From Antedon mediterranea (taxonomy: Eukaryota > Animalia > Echinodermata), in NCBI RefSeq assembly GCF_964355755.1, contig NC_092671.1:21593317-21657316 (forward strand): a stretch of 64,000 nt of DNA, written 5' to 3'. Position 1 is the stretch's first letter, and each line of letters opens with the position of its first letter. The position numbers and the translations under genes were made by a program. Positions 40,046 through 55,859 of this stretch are shown piece by piece. The notes beneath the pieces were generated by a model. It saw only the letters and a list, made by a program, of their open reading frames with translations, did not search any database and was not told where the DNA came from.

Positions 40046-43000
40046 TGGTTACACAAAAACATCAAAGTGCTTAAAATCACGTTATAAACCGTTTTAGACC
40101 ATTTGAGCATTTCGATAACACTTTTCACACAAAAACATCAAAGGGCACAATATAGCTTAATATCCTATTTAAAAACGTTTTAGACCATTTTGAGCATTTC
40201 GACAAAACTTTTTCACACAAAACACCAAAGTGCTTAGAATACCTTCAAATCGCATTTGGAGACGTTTTAGACAATTTTGTGATTTTCGAAAAAACTTGTT
40301 AACATAAAAACATCAAAGTTTACAGAATAGCTTCAAATCGCTTTTGGAGACGTTTTAGACAATTTTGTGATTTTCGAAAAAACTTGTTAACATAAAAACA
40401 CCAAAGTGCTTAGAATAGCTTCAAATCGCATTGGGAGACGTTTTAGACCATTTTGTGATTTTCGAAAAAACTTGTTAACATAAAAACATCAAAGTGTACA
40501 GAATAGCTTCAAATCGCATTTGGAGACGTTTTAGACCATTTTGTGATTTTCGAAAAAACTTGTTAACATAAAAACACCAAAGTGCTTAGAATAGCTTCAA
40601 ATCGCATTTGGAGACGTTTTAAACCATTTTGTGATTTTCGAAAAAACTTGTTAACATAAAAACACCAAAATGTTTAGAATAGCTTCAAATCGCATTTGGA
40701 GACGTTTTAGACCATTTTGTGATTTTCGAAAAAACTTGTTAACACAAAAACACCAAAGTGATTAGAATAGCTTCAAATCGCATTTGGAGACGTTTTAGAC
40801 CATTTTGTGATTTTCGAAAAAACTTGTTAACATAAAAACACCAAAGTGATTAGAATAGCTTCAAATCGCATTTGGAGACGTTTTAGACCATTTTGTGCAT
40901 TTCGATGAAACTTGGTTACGCAAAAACATCAAAGTGCTTAAAATCACATTATAAACCGTTTTAGACCATTTTGAGCATATCGATAACACTTTTTACACAA
41001 AACACCAAAGTGCTTAGAATAGCTTCAAATCGCATTTGGAGACGTTTTAGACCATTTTGTGATTTTCGACAAAACTTTTTCACACAAAACACCAAAGTGC
41101 TTAGAATACCTTCAAATCGCATTTGGAGACGTTTTAGACCATTTTGTGATTTTCGAAAAAACTTGTTAACATAAAAACATCAAAGTGTACAGAATAGCTT
41201 CAAATCGCATTTGGAGACGTTTTAGACCATTTTGTGATTTTCGAAAAAACTTGTTAACATAAAAACACCAAAGTGCTTAGAATAGCTTCAAATCGCATTA
41301 GGAGACGTTTTAGACCATTTTGTGATTTTCGAAAAAACTTGTTAACATAAAAACACCAAAGTGCTTAGAATAGCTTCAAATCGCATTTGGAGACGTTTTA
41401 GACCATTTTGTGATTTTCGAAAAAACTTGTTAACATAAAAACACCAAAATGTTTAGAATAGCTTCAAATCGCATTTGGAGACGTTTTAGACCATTTTGTG
41501 ATTTTCGAAAAAACTTGTTAACACAAAAACACCAAAGTGATTAGAATAGCTTCAAATCGCATTTGGAGACGTTTTAGACCATTTTGTGCATTTCGATGAA
41601 ACTTGGTTACGCAAAAACATCAAAGTGCTTAAAATCACATTATAAACCGTTTTAGACCATTTTGAGCATATCGATAACACTTTTCACACAAAAACATCAA
41701 AGAGCACAATATAGCTTAATATCGTATTTAAAAACGTTTTAGACCATTTTGAGCATTTCGACAAAACTTTTTCACACAAAACACCAAAGTGCTTAGAATA
41801 GCTTCAAATCGTATTTGGAGACGTTTTAGACCATTTTGTGATTTTCGAAAAAACTTGTTAACATAAAAACATCAAAGGGCTAAGAATAGCTTCAAATGGC
41901 ATTTGGAGACATTTTAGAACAATTAGTGATTTTCGAAAAAACTTGGTTACACAAAAACATCAAAGTGGTTAAAATCACATTATAAACCGTTTTAGACCAT
42001 TTTGAGCATTTCGATAACACTTTTTACACAAAAACATCAAAGTGCTTAGAATAGCTTCAAATCGCATTTGGAGACGTTTTAGACCATTTTGTGATTTTTG
42101 AAAAAAACTTTTTAACATAAAAACACCAAACTGCTAAGAATAGCTTCAAATCGCATATGGAGACAATTTAGACCATTTTGTGATTTTCGAAAAAACTTGT
42201 TAACATAAAAACACCAAAGTGCTTAGAATACCTTCAAATCGCATTTGGAGACGTTTTAGACCATTTTGTGATTTTCCAAAAAACTTGTTAACATAAAAAC
42301 ATCAAAGTGTACAGAATAGCTTCAAATCGCATTTGGAGACGTTTTAGACCATTTTGTGATTTTCGAAAAAACTTGTTAACATAAAAACACCAAAGTGCTT
42401 AGAATAGCTTCAAATCGCATTAGGAGACGTTTTAGACCATTTTGTGATTTTCGAAAAAACTTGTTAACATAAAAACACCAAAGTGCTTAGAATAGCTTCA
42501 AATCGCATTTGGAGACGTTTTAGACCATTTTGTGATTTTCGAAAAAACTTGTTAACATAAAAACACCAAAATGTTTAGAATAGCTTCAAATCGCATTTGG
42601 AGACGTTTTAGACCATTTTGTGATTTTCGAAAAAAATTGTTAACACAAAAACACCAAAGTGATTAGAATAGCTTCAAATCGCATTTGGAGACGTTTTAGA
42701 CCATTTTGTGCATTTCGATGAAACTTGGTTACGCAAAAACATCAAAGTGCTTAAAATCACATTATAAACCGTTTTAGACCATTTTGAGCATATCGATAAC
42801 ACTTTTCACACAAAAACATCAAAGAGCACAATATAGCTTAATATCGTATTTAAAAACGTTTTAGACCATTTTGAGCATTTCGACAAAACTTTTTCACACA
42901 AAACACCAAAGTGCTTAGAATAGCTTCAAATCGCATTTGGAGACGTTTTAGACCATTTTGTGATTTTCGAAAAAACTTGTTAACATAAAAACATCAAAGT

Positions 43001-46000
43001 GCTAAGAATAGCTTCAAATCGAATTTGGAGACATTTTAGACCAATTATTGATTTTCGAAAAAACTTGGTTACACAAAAACATCAAAGTGGTTAAAATCAC
43101 ATTATAAACCGTTTTAGACCATTTTGAGCATTTCGATAACACTTTTCACACAAAAACATCAAAGTGCTTAGAATAGCTTCAAATCACATTTGGAGACGTT
43201 TTAGACCATTTTGTGATTTTCGAAAAAAACTTTTTAACATAAAAACACCAAACTGCTAAGAATAGCTTCAAATCGCATATGGAGACAATTTAGACCATTT
43301 TGTGATTTTCGAAAAAACTTGTTAACATAAAAACACCAAAGTGCTTAGAATACCTTCAAATCGCATTTGGAGACATTTTAGACCATTTTGTGATTTTCGA
43401 AAAAACTTGTTAACATAAAAACATCAAAGTGCTAAGAATAGCTTCCAATCGCATTTGGAGACGTTTTAGACCATTTTGTGATTTTCGAAAACAACTTGTT
43501 AACATAAAAACACCAAAGTGCTTAGAATAGCTTCAAATCGCATTTGGAGACGTTTTAGACCAATTTGTGATTTTCGAAAAAACTTGGTTACACAAAAACA
43601 TCAAAGTGGATAAAATCACATTATAACCCGTTTTAGACCATTTTGAGCATATCGATAACACTTTTCACACAAAAACATCAAAGACCACAATATAGCTTAA
43701 TATCGTATTTAAAAACGTTTTAGACCATTTTGAGCATTTCGACAAAACTTTTTCACACAAAACACCAAAGTGCTTAGAATAGCTTCAAATCGCATTTGGA
43801 GACGTTTTAGACCATTTTGTGATTTTCGAAAAAACTTGTTAACATAAAAACATCAAAGTGCTAAGAATAGCTTCAAATCGCATTTGGAGACATTTTAGAC
43901 CAATTAGTGATTTTCGAAAAAACTTGGTTACACAAAAACATCAAAGTGGTTAAAATCACATTGTAAACCGTTTTAGACCATTTTGAGCATTTCGATAACA
44001 CTTTTCACACAAAAACATCAAAGTGCTTAGAATAGCTTCAAATCGCATTTGGAGACGTTTTAGACCATTTTGTGATTTTCGAAAAAAACTTTTTAACATA
44101 AAAACACCAAACTGCTAAGAATAGCTTCAAATCGCATATGGAGACAATTTAGACCATTTTGTGATTTTCGAAAAAACTTGTTAACATAAAAACACCAAAG
44201 TGCTTAGAATACCTTCAAATCGCATTTGGAGACATTTTAGACCATTTTGTGATTTTCGAAAAAACTTGTTAACATAAAAACATCAAAGTGCTAAGAATAG
44301 CTTCCAATCGCATTTGGAGACGTTTTAGACTATTTTGTGATTTTCGAAAACAACTTGTTAACATAAAAACACCAAAGTGCTTAGAATAGCTTCAAATCGC
44401 ATTTGGAGACGTTTTAGACCAATTTGTGATTTTCGAAAAAACTTGGTTACACAAAAACATCAAAGTGGATAAAATCACATTATAAACCGTTTTAGACCAT
44501 TTTGAGCATTTCGATAACACATTTCACACAAAAACATCAAAGAGCACAAAATAGCTTAATATCGTATTTAAAAACGTTTTAAACCATTTTGAGCATTTCG
44601 ACAAAACTTTTTCACACAAAACACCAAAGTGTACAGAATAGCTTCAAATCGCATTTGGAGACGTTTTAGACCATTTTGTGATTTTCGAAAAAACTTGTTA
44701 ATATAAAAACACCAAAGTACTTAGAATAGCTTCAAATCGCATTTGGAGACGTTGTAGACCATTTTGTGATTTTCGAAAAAACTTGTTAACATAAAAACAC
44801 CAAAGTTTACAGAATAGCTTCAAATCGCATTTGGAGACGTTTTAGACAATTTTGTGCATTTCGATGAAACTTGGTTACACAAAAACATCAAAGTGCTTAA
44901 AATCACATTATAAACCGTTTTAGACCATTTGAGCATTTCCATAACACTTTTCACACAAAAACATCAAAGGGCACAATATAGCTTAATATCCTATTTAAAA
45001 ACGTTTTAGACCATTTTGAGCATTTCGACAAAACTTTTTCACACAAAACACCAAAGTGCTTAGAATACCTTCAAATCGCATTTGGAGACGTTTTAGACCA
45101 TTTTGTGATTTTCGAAAAAACTTAACATAAAAACATCAAAGTTTACAGAATAGCTTCAAATCGCATTTGGAGACGTTTTAAACCATTTTGTGATTTTCGA
45201 AAAAACTTGTTAACATAAAAACACCAAAATGTTTAGAATAGCTTCAAATCGCATTTGGAGACGTTTTAGACCATTTTGTGATTTTCGAAAAAACTTGTTA
45301 ACACAAAAACACCAAAGTGATTAGAATAGCTTCAAATCGCATTTGGAGACGTTTTAGACCATTTTGTGATTTTCGAAAAAACTTGTTAACATAAAAACAC
45401 CAAAGTGATTAGAATAGCTTCAAATCGCATTTGGAGACGTTTTAGACCATTTTGTGCATTTCGATGAAACTTGGTTACGCAAAAACATCAAAGTGCTTAA
45501 AATCACATTATAAACCGTTTTAGACCATTTTGAGCATATCGATAACACTTTTTACACAAAACGCCAAAGTGCTTAGAATAGCTTCAAATCGCATTTGGAG
45601 ACGTTTTAGACCATTTTGTGATTTTCGACAAAACTTTTTCACACAAAACACCAAAGTGCTTAGAATACCTTCAAATCGCATTTGGAGACGTTTTAGACCA
45701 TTTTGTGATTTTCGAAAAAACTTGTTAACATAAAAACATCAAAGTGTACAGAATAGCTTCAAATCGCATTTGGAGACGTTTTAGACCATTTTGTGATTTT
45801 CGAAAAAACTTGTTAACATAAAAACACCAAAGTGCTTAGAATAGCTTCAAATCGCATTAGGAGACGTTTTAGACCATTTTGTGATTTTCGAAAAAACTTG
45901 TTAACATAAAAACACCAAAGTGCTTAGAATAGCTTCAAATCGCATTTGGAGACGTTTTAGACCATTTTGTGATTTTCGAAAAAACTTGTTAACATAAAAA

Positions 46001-49000
46001 CACCAAAGTTCTTAAAATAGCTTCAAATCGCATTTGGAGACGTTTTAGACCATTTTGTGATTTTCGAAAAAACTTGTTAACATAAAAACACCAAAGTGCT
46101 TAGAATAGCTTCAAATCGCATTTGGAGACGTTTTAGACCATTTTGGGATTTTTGAAAAAACTTGTTAACATAAAAACACCAAAGTTCTTAGAATAGCTTC
46201 AAATCGCATTTGGAGACGTTTTAGACCATTTTGTGCATTTCGATGAAACTTGGTTACACAAAAACATCAAAGTGCTTAAAATCACGTTATAAACCGTTTT
46301 AGACCATTTGAGCATTTCGATAACACTTTTCACACAAAAACATCAAAGGGCACAATATAGCTTAATATCCTATTTAAAAACGTTTTAGACCATTTTGAGC
46401 ATTTCGACAAAACTTTTTCACACAAAACACCAAAGTGCTTAGAATACCTTCAAATCGCATTTGGAGACGTTTTAGACAATTTTGTGATTTTCGAAAAAAC
46501 TTGTTAACATAAAAACATCAAAGTTTACAGAATAGCTTCAAATCGCTTTTGGAGACGTTTTAGACAATTTTGTGATTTTCGAAAAAACTTGTTAACATAA
46601 AAACACCAAAGTGCTTAGAATAGCTTCAAATCGCATTGGGAGACGTTTTAGACCATTTTGTGATTTTCGAAAAAACTTGTTAACATAAAAACATCAAAGT
46701 GTACAGAATAGCTTCAAATCGCATTTGGAGACGTTTTAGACCATTTTGTGATTTTCGAAAAAACTTGTTAACATAAAAACACCAAAGTGCTTAGAATAGC
46801 TTCAAATCGCATTTGGAGACGTTTTAAACCATTTTGTGATTTTCGAAAAAACTTGTTAACATAAAAACACCAAAATGTTTAGAATAGCTTCAAATCGCAT
46901 TTGGAGACGTTTTAGACCATTTTGTGATTTTCGAAAAAACTTGTTAACACAAAAACACCAAAGTGATTAGAATAGCTTCAAATCGCATTTGGAGACGTTT
47001 TAGACCATTTTGTGATTTTCGAAAAAACTTGTTAACATAAAAACACCAAAGTGATTAGAATAGCTTCAAATCGCATTTGGAGACGTTTTAGACCATTTTG
47101 TGCATTTCGATGAAACTTGGTTACGCAAAAACATCAAAGTGCTTAAAATCACATTATAAACCGTTTTAGACCATTTTGAGCATATCGATAACACTTTTTA
47201 CACAAAACACCAAAGTGCTTAGAATAGCTTCAAATCGCATTTGGAGACGTTTTAGACCATTTTGTGATTTTCGACAAAACTTTTTCACACAAAACACCAA
47301 AGTGCTTAGAATACCTTCAAATCGCATTTGGAGACGTTTTAGACCATTTTGTGATTTTCGAAAAAACTTGTTAACATAAAAACATCAAAGTGTACAGAAT
47401 AGCTTCAAATCGCATTTGGAGACGTTTTAGACCATTTTGTGATTTTCGAAAAAACTTGTTAACATAAAAACACCAAAGTGCTTAGAATAGCTTCAAATCG
47501 CATTAGGAGACGTTTTAGACCATTTTGTGATTTTCGAAAAAACTTGTTAACATAAAAACACCAAAGTGCTTAGAATAGCTTCAAATCGCATTTGGAGACG
47601 TTTTAGACCATTTTGTGATTTTCGAAAAAACTTGTTAACATAAAAACACCAAAATGTTTAGAATAGCTTCAAATCGCATTTGGAGACGTTTTAGACCATT
47701 TTGTGATTTTCGAAAAAACTTGTTAACACAAAAACACCAAAGTGATTAGAATAGCTTCAAATCGCATTTGGAGACGTTTTAGACCATTTTGTGCATTTCG
47801 ATGAAACTTGGTTACGCAAAAACATCAAAGTGCTTAAAATCACATTATAAACCGTTTTAGACCATTTTGAGCATATCGATAACACTTTTCACACAAAAAC
47901 ATCAAAGAGCACAATATAGCTTAATATCGTATTTAAAAACGTTTTAGACCATTTTGAGCATTTCGACAAAACTTTTTCACACAAAACACCAAAGTGCTTA
48001 GAATAGCTTCAAATCGCATTTGGAGACGTTTTAGACCATTTTGTGATTTTCGAAAAAACTTGTTAACATAAAAACATCAAAGGGCTAAGAATAGCTTCAA
48101 ATGGCATTTGGAGACATTTTAGAACAATTAGTGATTTTCGAAAAAACTTGGTTACACAAAAACATCAAAGTGGTTAAAATCACATTATAAACCGTTTTAG
48201 ACCATTTTGAGCATTTCGATAACACTTTTTACACAAAAACATCAAAGTGCTTAGAATAGCTTCAAATCGCATTTGGAGACGTTTTAGACCATTTTGTGAT
48301 TTTTGAAAAAAACTTTTTAACATAAAAACACCAAACTGCTAAGAATAGCTTCAAATCGCATATGGAGACAATTTAGACCATTTTGTGATTTTCGAAAAAA
48401 CTTGTTAACATAAAAACACCAAAGTGCTTAGAATACCTTCAAATCGCATTTGGAGACGTTTTAGACCATTTTGTGATTTTCCAAAAAACTTGTTAACATA
48501 AAAACATCAAAGTGTACAGAATAGCTTCAAATCGCATTTGGAGACGTTTTAGACCATTTTGTGATTTTCGAAAAAACTTGTTAACATAAAAACACCAAAG
48601 TGCTTAGAATAGCTTCAAATCGCATTAGGAGACGTTTTAGACCATTTTGTGATTTTCGAAAAAACTTGTTAACATAAAAACACCAAAGTGCTTAGAATAG
48701 CTTCAAATCGCATTTGGAGACGTTTTAGACCATTTTGTGATTTTCGAAAAAACTTGTTAACATAAAAACACCAAAATGTTTAGAATAGCTTCAAATCGCA
48801 TTTGGAGACGTTTTAGACCATTTTGTGATTTTCGAAAAAAATTGTTAACACAAAAACACCAAAGTGATTAGAATAGCTTCAAATCGCATTTGGAGACGTT
48901 TTAGACCATTTTGTGCATTTCGATGAAACTTGGTTACGCAAAAACATCAAAGTGCTTAAAATCACATTATAAACCGTTTTAGACCATTTTGAGCATATCG

Positions 49001-50400
49001 ATAACACTTTTCACACAAAAACATCAAAGAGCACAATATAGCTTAATATCGTATTTAAAAACGTTTTAGACCATTTTGAGCATTTCGACAAAACTTTTTC
49101 ACACAAAACACCAAAGTGCTTAGAATAGCTTCAAATCGCATTTGGAGACGTTTTAGACCATTTTGTGATTTTCGAAAAAACTTGTTAACATAAAAACATC
49201 AAAGTGCTAAGAATAGCTTCAAATCGAATTTGGAGACATTTTAGACCAATTATTGATTTTCGAAAAAACTTGGTTACACAAAAACATCAAAGTGGTTAAA
49301 ATCACATTATAAACCGTTTTAGACCATTTTGAGCATTTCGATAACACTTTTCACACAAAAACATCAAAGTGCTTAGAATAGCTTCAAATCACATTTGGAG
49401 ACGTTTTAGACCATTTTGTGATTTTCGAAAAAAACTTTTTAACATAAAAACACCAAACTGCTAAGAATAGCTTCAAATCGCATATGGAGACAATTTAGAC
49501 CATTTTGTGATTTTCGAAAAAACTTGTTAACATAAAAACACCAAAGTGCTTAGAATACCTTCAAATCGCATTTGGAGACATTTTAGACCATTTTGTGATT
49601 TTCGAAAAAACTTGTTAACATAAAAACATCAAAGTGCTAAGAATAGCTTCCAATCGCATTTGGAGACGTTTTAGACCATTTTGTGATTTTCGAAAACAAC
49701 TTGTTAACATAAAAACACCAAAGTGCTTAGAATAGCTTCAAATCGCATTTGGAGACGTTTTAGACCAATTTGTGATTTTCGAAAAAACTTGGTTACACAA
49801 AAACATCAAAGTGGATAAAATCACATTATAACCCGTTTTAGACCATTTTGAGCATATCGATAACACTTTTCACACAAAAACATCAAAGACCACAATATAG
49901 CTTAATATCGTATTTAAAAACGTTTTAGACCATTTTGAGCATTTCGACAAAACTTTTTCACACAAAACACCAAAGTGCTTAGAATAGCTTCAAATCGCAT
50001 TTGGAGACGTTTTAGACCATTTTGTGATTTTCGAAAAAACTTGTTAACATAAAAACATCAAAGTGCTAAGAATAGCTTCAAATCGCATTTGGAGACATTT
50101 TAGACCAATTAGTGATTTTCAAAAAAACTTGGTTACACAAAAACATCAAAGTGGTTAAAATCACATTGTAAACCGTTTTAGACCATTTTGAGCATTTCGA
50201 TAACACTTTTCACACAAAAACATCAAAGTGCTTAGAATAGCTTCAAATCGCATTTGGAGACGTTTTAGACCATTTTGTGATTTTCGAAAAAAACTTTTTA
50301 ACATAAAAACACCAAACTGCTAAGAATAGCTTCAAATCGCATATGGAGACAATTTAGACCATTTTGTGATTTTCGAAAAAACTTGTTAACATAAAAACAC
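38000..50400 (+). repeat. Tandem duplication with 6205-bp unit (boundaries approximate)
   Basis: Private variants recur at exactly 6205 bp: aaatGgcatt at 41897/48102, aaaaaaAttgtt at 42637/48842, cattGtaaacc at 43963/50168, and ORF pairs 39325/45530 and 40971/47176. Confidence 0.9.
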
Positions 50401-53400
50401 CAAAGTGCTTAGAATACCTTCAAATCGCATTTGGAGACATTTTAGACCATTTTGTGATTTTCGAAAAAACTTGTTAACATAAAAACATCAAAGTGCTAAG
50501 AATAGCTTCCAATCGCATTTGGAGACGTTTTAGACCATTTTGTGATTTTCGAAAACAACTTGTTAACATAAAAACACCAAAGTGCTTAGAATAGCTTCAA
50601 ATCGCATTTGGAGACGTTTTAGACCAATTTGTGATTTTCGAAAAAACTTGGTTACACAAAAACATCAAAGTGGATAAAATCACATTATAAACCGTTTTAG
50701 ACCATTTTGAGCATTTCGATAACACATTTCACACAAAAACATCAAAGAGCACAAAATAGCTTAATATCGTATTTAAAAACGTTTTAAACCATTTTGAGCA
50801 TTTCGACAAAACTTTTTCACACAAAACACCAAAGTGTACAGAATAGCTTCAAATCGCATTTGGAGACGTTTTAGACCATTTTGTGATTTTCGAAAAAACT
50901 TGTTAATATAAAAACACCAAAGTACTTAGAATAGCTTCAAATCGCATTTGGAGACGTTGTAGACCATTTTGTGATTTTCGAAAAAACTTGTTAACATAAA
51001 AACACCAAAGTTTACAGAATAGCTTCAAATCGCATTTGGAGACGTTTTAGACAATTTTGTGCATTTCGATGAAACTTGGTTACACAAAAACATCAAAGTG
51101 CTTAAAATCACATTATAAACCGTTTTAGACCATTTGAGCATTTCCATAACACTTTTCACACAAAAACATCAAAGGGCACAATATAGCTTAATATCCTATT
51201 TAAAAACGTTTTAGACCATTTTGAGCATTTCGACAAAACTTTTTCACACAAAACACCAAAGTGCTTAGAATACCTTCAAATCGCATTTGGAGACGTTTTA
51301 GACCATTTTGTGATTTTCGAAAAAACTTGTTAACATAAAAACACCAAAGTGCTTAGAATAGCTTCAAATCGCATTTGGAGACGTTTTAGACCATTTTGTG
51401 ATTTTCGAAAAAACTTGTTAACATAAAAACACCAAAGTGTTTAGAAAAGCTTCAAATCGCATTTGGAGACGTTTTAGACCATTTTGTGATTTTCGAAAAA
51501 ACTTGTTAACATAAAAACACCAAAGTGTTTAGAAAAGCTTCAAATCGCATTTGGAGACGTTTTAGACCATTTTGGGATTTTCGAAAAAACTTGTTAACAT
51601 AAAAACACCAAAGTGCTTAGAATAGCTTCAAATCGCATTTGGAGACGTTTTAGACCATTTTGTAATTTTCAAAAAAACTTGTTAACATAAAAACACCAAA
51701 GTTCTTAGAATAGCTTCAAATCGCATTTGGAGACGTTTTAGACCATTTTGTGATTTTCGAAAAAAGTTGTTAACATAAAAACACCAAAGTGATTAGAATA
51801 GCTTCAAATCGCATTTGGAGACGTTTTAGACCATTTTGTGCATTTCGATGAAACTTGGTTACGCAAAAACATCAAAGTAATAATCACATTATAAACAGTT
51901 TTAGACCATTTTGAGCATATCGATAAAACTTTTTACACAAAACACCAAAGTGCTTAGAATAGCTTCAAATCGCATTTGGAGACGTTTTAGACCATTTTGT
52001 GATTTTCGACAAAACTTTTTCACACAAAACACCAAAGTACTTAGAATACCTTCAAATCGCATTTGGAGACGTTTTAGACCATTTTGTGATTTTCGAAAAA
52101 ACTTGTTAACATAAAAACATCAAAGTGTACAGATTAGCTTCAAATCGCATTTGGAGACGTTTTAGACCATTTTGTGATTTTCGAAAAAACTTGTTAACAT
52201 AAAAACACCAAAGTGCTTAGAATAGCTTCAAATCGCATTGGGAGACGTTTTAGACCATTTTGTGATTTTCGAAAAAACTTGTTAACATAAAAACATCAAA
52301 GTGTACAGAATAGCTTCAAATCGCATTTGGAGACGTTTTAGACCATTTTGTGATTTTCGAAAAAACTTGTTAACATAAAAACACCAAAGTGCTTAGAATA
52401 GCTTCAAATCGCATTTGGAGACGTTTTAAACCATTTTGTGATTTTCGAAAAAACTTGTTAACATAAAAACACCAAAATGTTTAGAATAGCTTCAAATCGC
52501 ATTTGGAGACGTTTTAGACCATTTTGTGATTTTCGAAAAAACTTGTTAACACAAAAACACCAAAGTGATTAGAATAGCTTCAAATCGCATTTGGAGACGT
52601 TTTAGACCATTTTGTGATTTTCGAAAAAACTTGTTAACATAAAAACACCAAAGTGATTAGAATAGCTTCAAATCGCATTTGGAGACGTTTTAGACCATTT
52701 TGTGCATTTCGATGAAACTTGGTTACGCAAAAACATCAAAGTGCTTAAAATCACATTATAAACCGTTTTAGACCATTTTGAGCATATCGATAACACTTTT
52801 TACACAAAACACCAAAGTGCTTAGAATAGCTTCAAATCGCATTTGGAGACGTTTTAGACCATTTTGTGATTTTCGACAAAACTTTTTCACACAAAACACC
52901 AAAGTGCTTAGAATACCTTCAAATCGCATTTGGAGACGTTTTAGACCATTTTGTGATTTTCGAAAAAACTTGTTAACATAAAAACATCAAAATGTTTAGA
53001 ATAGCTTCAAATCACATTTGGAGACGTTTTAGACCATTTTGTGATTTTCGAAAAAACTTGTTAACACAAAAACACCAAAGTGATTAGAATAGCTTCAAAT
53101 CGCATTTGGAGACGTTTTAGACCAATTTGTGCATTTCGATGAAACTTGGTTACGCAAAAACATCAAAGTGCTTAAAATCACATTATAAACCGTTTTAGAC
53201 CATTTTGAGCATATCGATAACACTTTTCACACAAAAACATCAAAGAGCACAATATAGCTTAATATCTTATTTAAAAACGTTTTAGACCATTTTGAGCATT
53301 TCGACAAAACTTTTTCACACAAAACACCAAAGTGCTTAGAATAGCTTCAAATCGCATTTGGAGACGTTTTAGACCATTTTGTGATTTTCGAAAAAACTTG

Positions 53401-55859
53401 TTAACATAAAAACATCAAAGTGCTAAGAATAGCTTCAAATCGCATTTGGAGACATTTTAGACCAATTAGTGATTTTCGAAAAAACTTGGTTACACAAAAA
53501 CATCAAAGTGGTTAAAATCACATTATAAACCGTTTTAGACCATTTTGAGCATTTCGATAACACTTTTCACACAAAAACATCAAAGTGCTTAGAATAGCTT
53601 CAAATCGCATTTGGAGACGTTTTAGACCATTTTGTGATTTTCGAAAAAAACTTTTTAACATAAAAACACCAAACTTCTAAGAATAGCTTCAAATCGCATA
53701 TGGAGACAATTTAGACCATTTTGTGATTTTCGAAAAAACTTGTTAACATAAAAACACCAAAGTGCTAAGAATAGCTTCAAATCGCATATGGAGACAATTT
53801 AGACCATTTTGTGATTTTCGAAAAAACTTGTTAACATAAAAACACCAAAGTGCTTAGAATACCTTCAAATCGCATTTGGAGACGTTTAAGACCATTTTGT
53901 GATTTTCGAAAAAACTTGTTAACATAAAAACACCAAAGTGCTTAGAATAGCTTCAAATCGCATTTGGAGACGTTTTAGACCAATTTGTGATTTTCGAAAA
54001 AACTTGGTTACACAAAAACATCAAAGTGGATAAAAGCACATTATAAACCGTTTTAGACCATTTTGAGCATTTCGATAACACATTTCACACAAAAACATCA
54101 AAGAGCACAAAATAGCTTAATATCGTATTTAAAAACGTTTTAAACCATTTTGAGCATTTCGACAAAACTTTTTCACACAAAACACCAAAGTGTTTAGAAA
54201 AGCTTCAAATCGCATTTGGAGACGTTTTAGACCATTTTGGGATTTTCGAAAAAACTTGTTAACATAAAAACACCAAAGTGCTTAGAATAGCTTCAAATCG
54301 CATTTGAAGACGTTTTAGACCATTTTGTAATTTTCGAAAAAACTTGTTAACATAAAAACACCAAAATGTTTAGAATAGCTTCAAATCGCATTTGGAGACG
54401 TTTTAGACCATTTTGTGATTTTCGAAAAAACTTGTTAACACAAAAACACCAAAGTGATTAGAATAGCTTCAAATCGCATTTGGAGACGTTTTAGACCATT
54501 TTGTGATTTTCGAAAAAACTTGTTAACATAAAAACACCAAAGTGATTAGAATAGCTTCAAATCGCATTTGGAGACGTTTTAGACCATTTTGTGCATTTCG
54601 ATGAAACTTGGTTACGCAAAAACATCAAAGTAATAATCACATTATAAACAGTTTTAGACCATTTTGAGCATATCGATAAAACTTTTTACACAAAACACCA
54701 AAGTGCTTAGAATAGCTTCAAATCGCATTTGGAGACGTTTTAGACCATTTTGTGATTTTCGACAAAACTTTTTCACACAAAACACCAAAGTGCTTAGAAT
54801 ACCTTCAAATCGCATTTGGAGACGTTTTAGACCATTTTGTGATTTTCGAAAAAACTTGTTAACATAAAAACATCAAAGTGTACAGATTAGCTTCAAATCG
54901 CATTTGGAGACGTTTTAGACCATTTTGTGATTTTCGAAAAAACTTGTTAACATAAAAACACCAAAGTGCTTAGAATAGCTTCAAATCGCATTAGGAGACG
55001 TTTTAGACCATTTTGTTATTTTCGAAAAAACTTGTTAACATAATAACACCAAAATGTTTAGAATAGCTTCAAATCGCATTTGGAGACGTTTTAGACCATT
55101 TTGTGATTTTCGAAAAAACTTGTTAACATAAAAACACCAAAGTGCTTAGAATACCTTCAAATCGCATTTGGAGACGTTTTAGACCATTTTGTGATTTTCC
55201 AAAAAACTTGTTAACATAAAAACATCAAAGTGTACAGAATAGCTTCAAATCGCATTTGGAGACGTTTTAGACCATTTTGTGATTTTCGAAAAAACTTGTT
55301 AACATAAAAACACCAAAGTGCTTAGAATAGCTTCAAATCGCATTAGGAGACGTTTTAGACCATTTTGTGATTTTCGAAAAAACTTGTTAACATAAAAACA
55401 CCAAAGTGCTTAGAATAGCTTCAAATCGCATTTGGAGACGTTTTAGACCATTTTGTGATTTTCGAAAAAACTTGTTAACATAAAAACACCAAAATGTTTA
55501 GAATAGCTTCAAATCACATTTGGAGACGTTTTAGACCATTTTGTGATTTTCGAAAAAACTTGTTAACACAAAAACACCAAAGTGATTAGAATAGCTTCAA
55601 ATCGCATTTGGAGACGTTTTAGACCAATTTGTGCATTTCGATGAAACTTGGATACGCAAAAACATCAAAGTGCTAAAAATCACATTATAAACCGTTTTAG
55701 ATCATTTTGAGCATATCGATAACACTTTTCACACAAAAACATCAAAGAGCACAATATAGCTTAATATCTTATTTAAAAACGTTTTAGACCATTTTGAGCA
55801 TTTCGACAAAACTTTTTCACACAAAACACCAAAGTGCTTAGAATAGCTTCAAATCGCAT

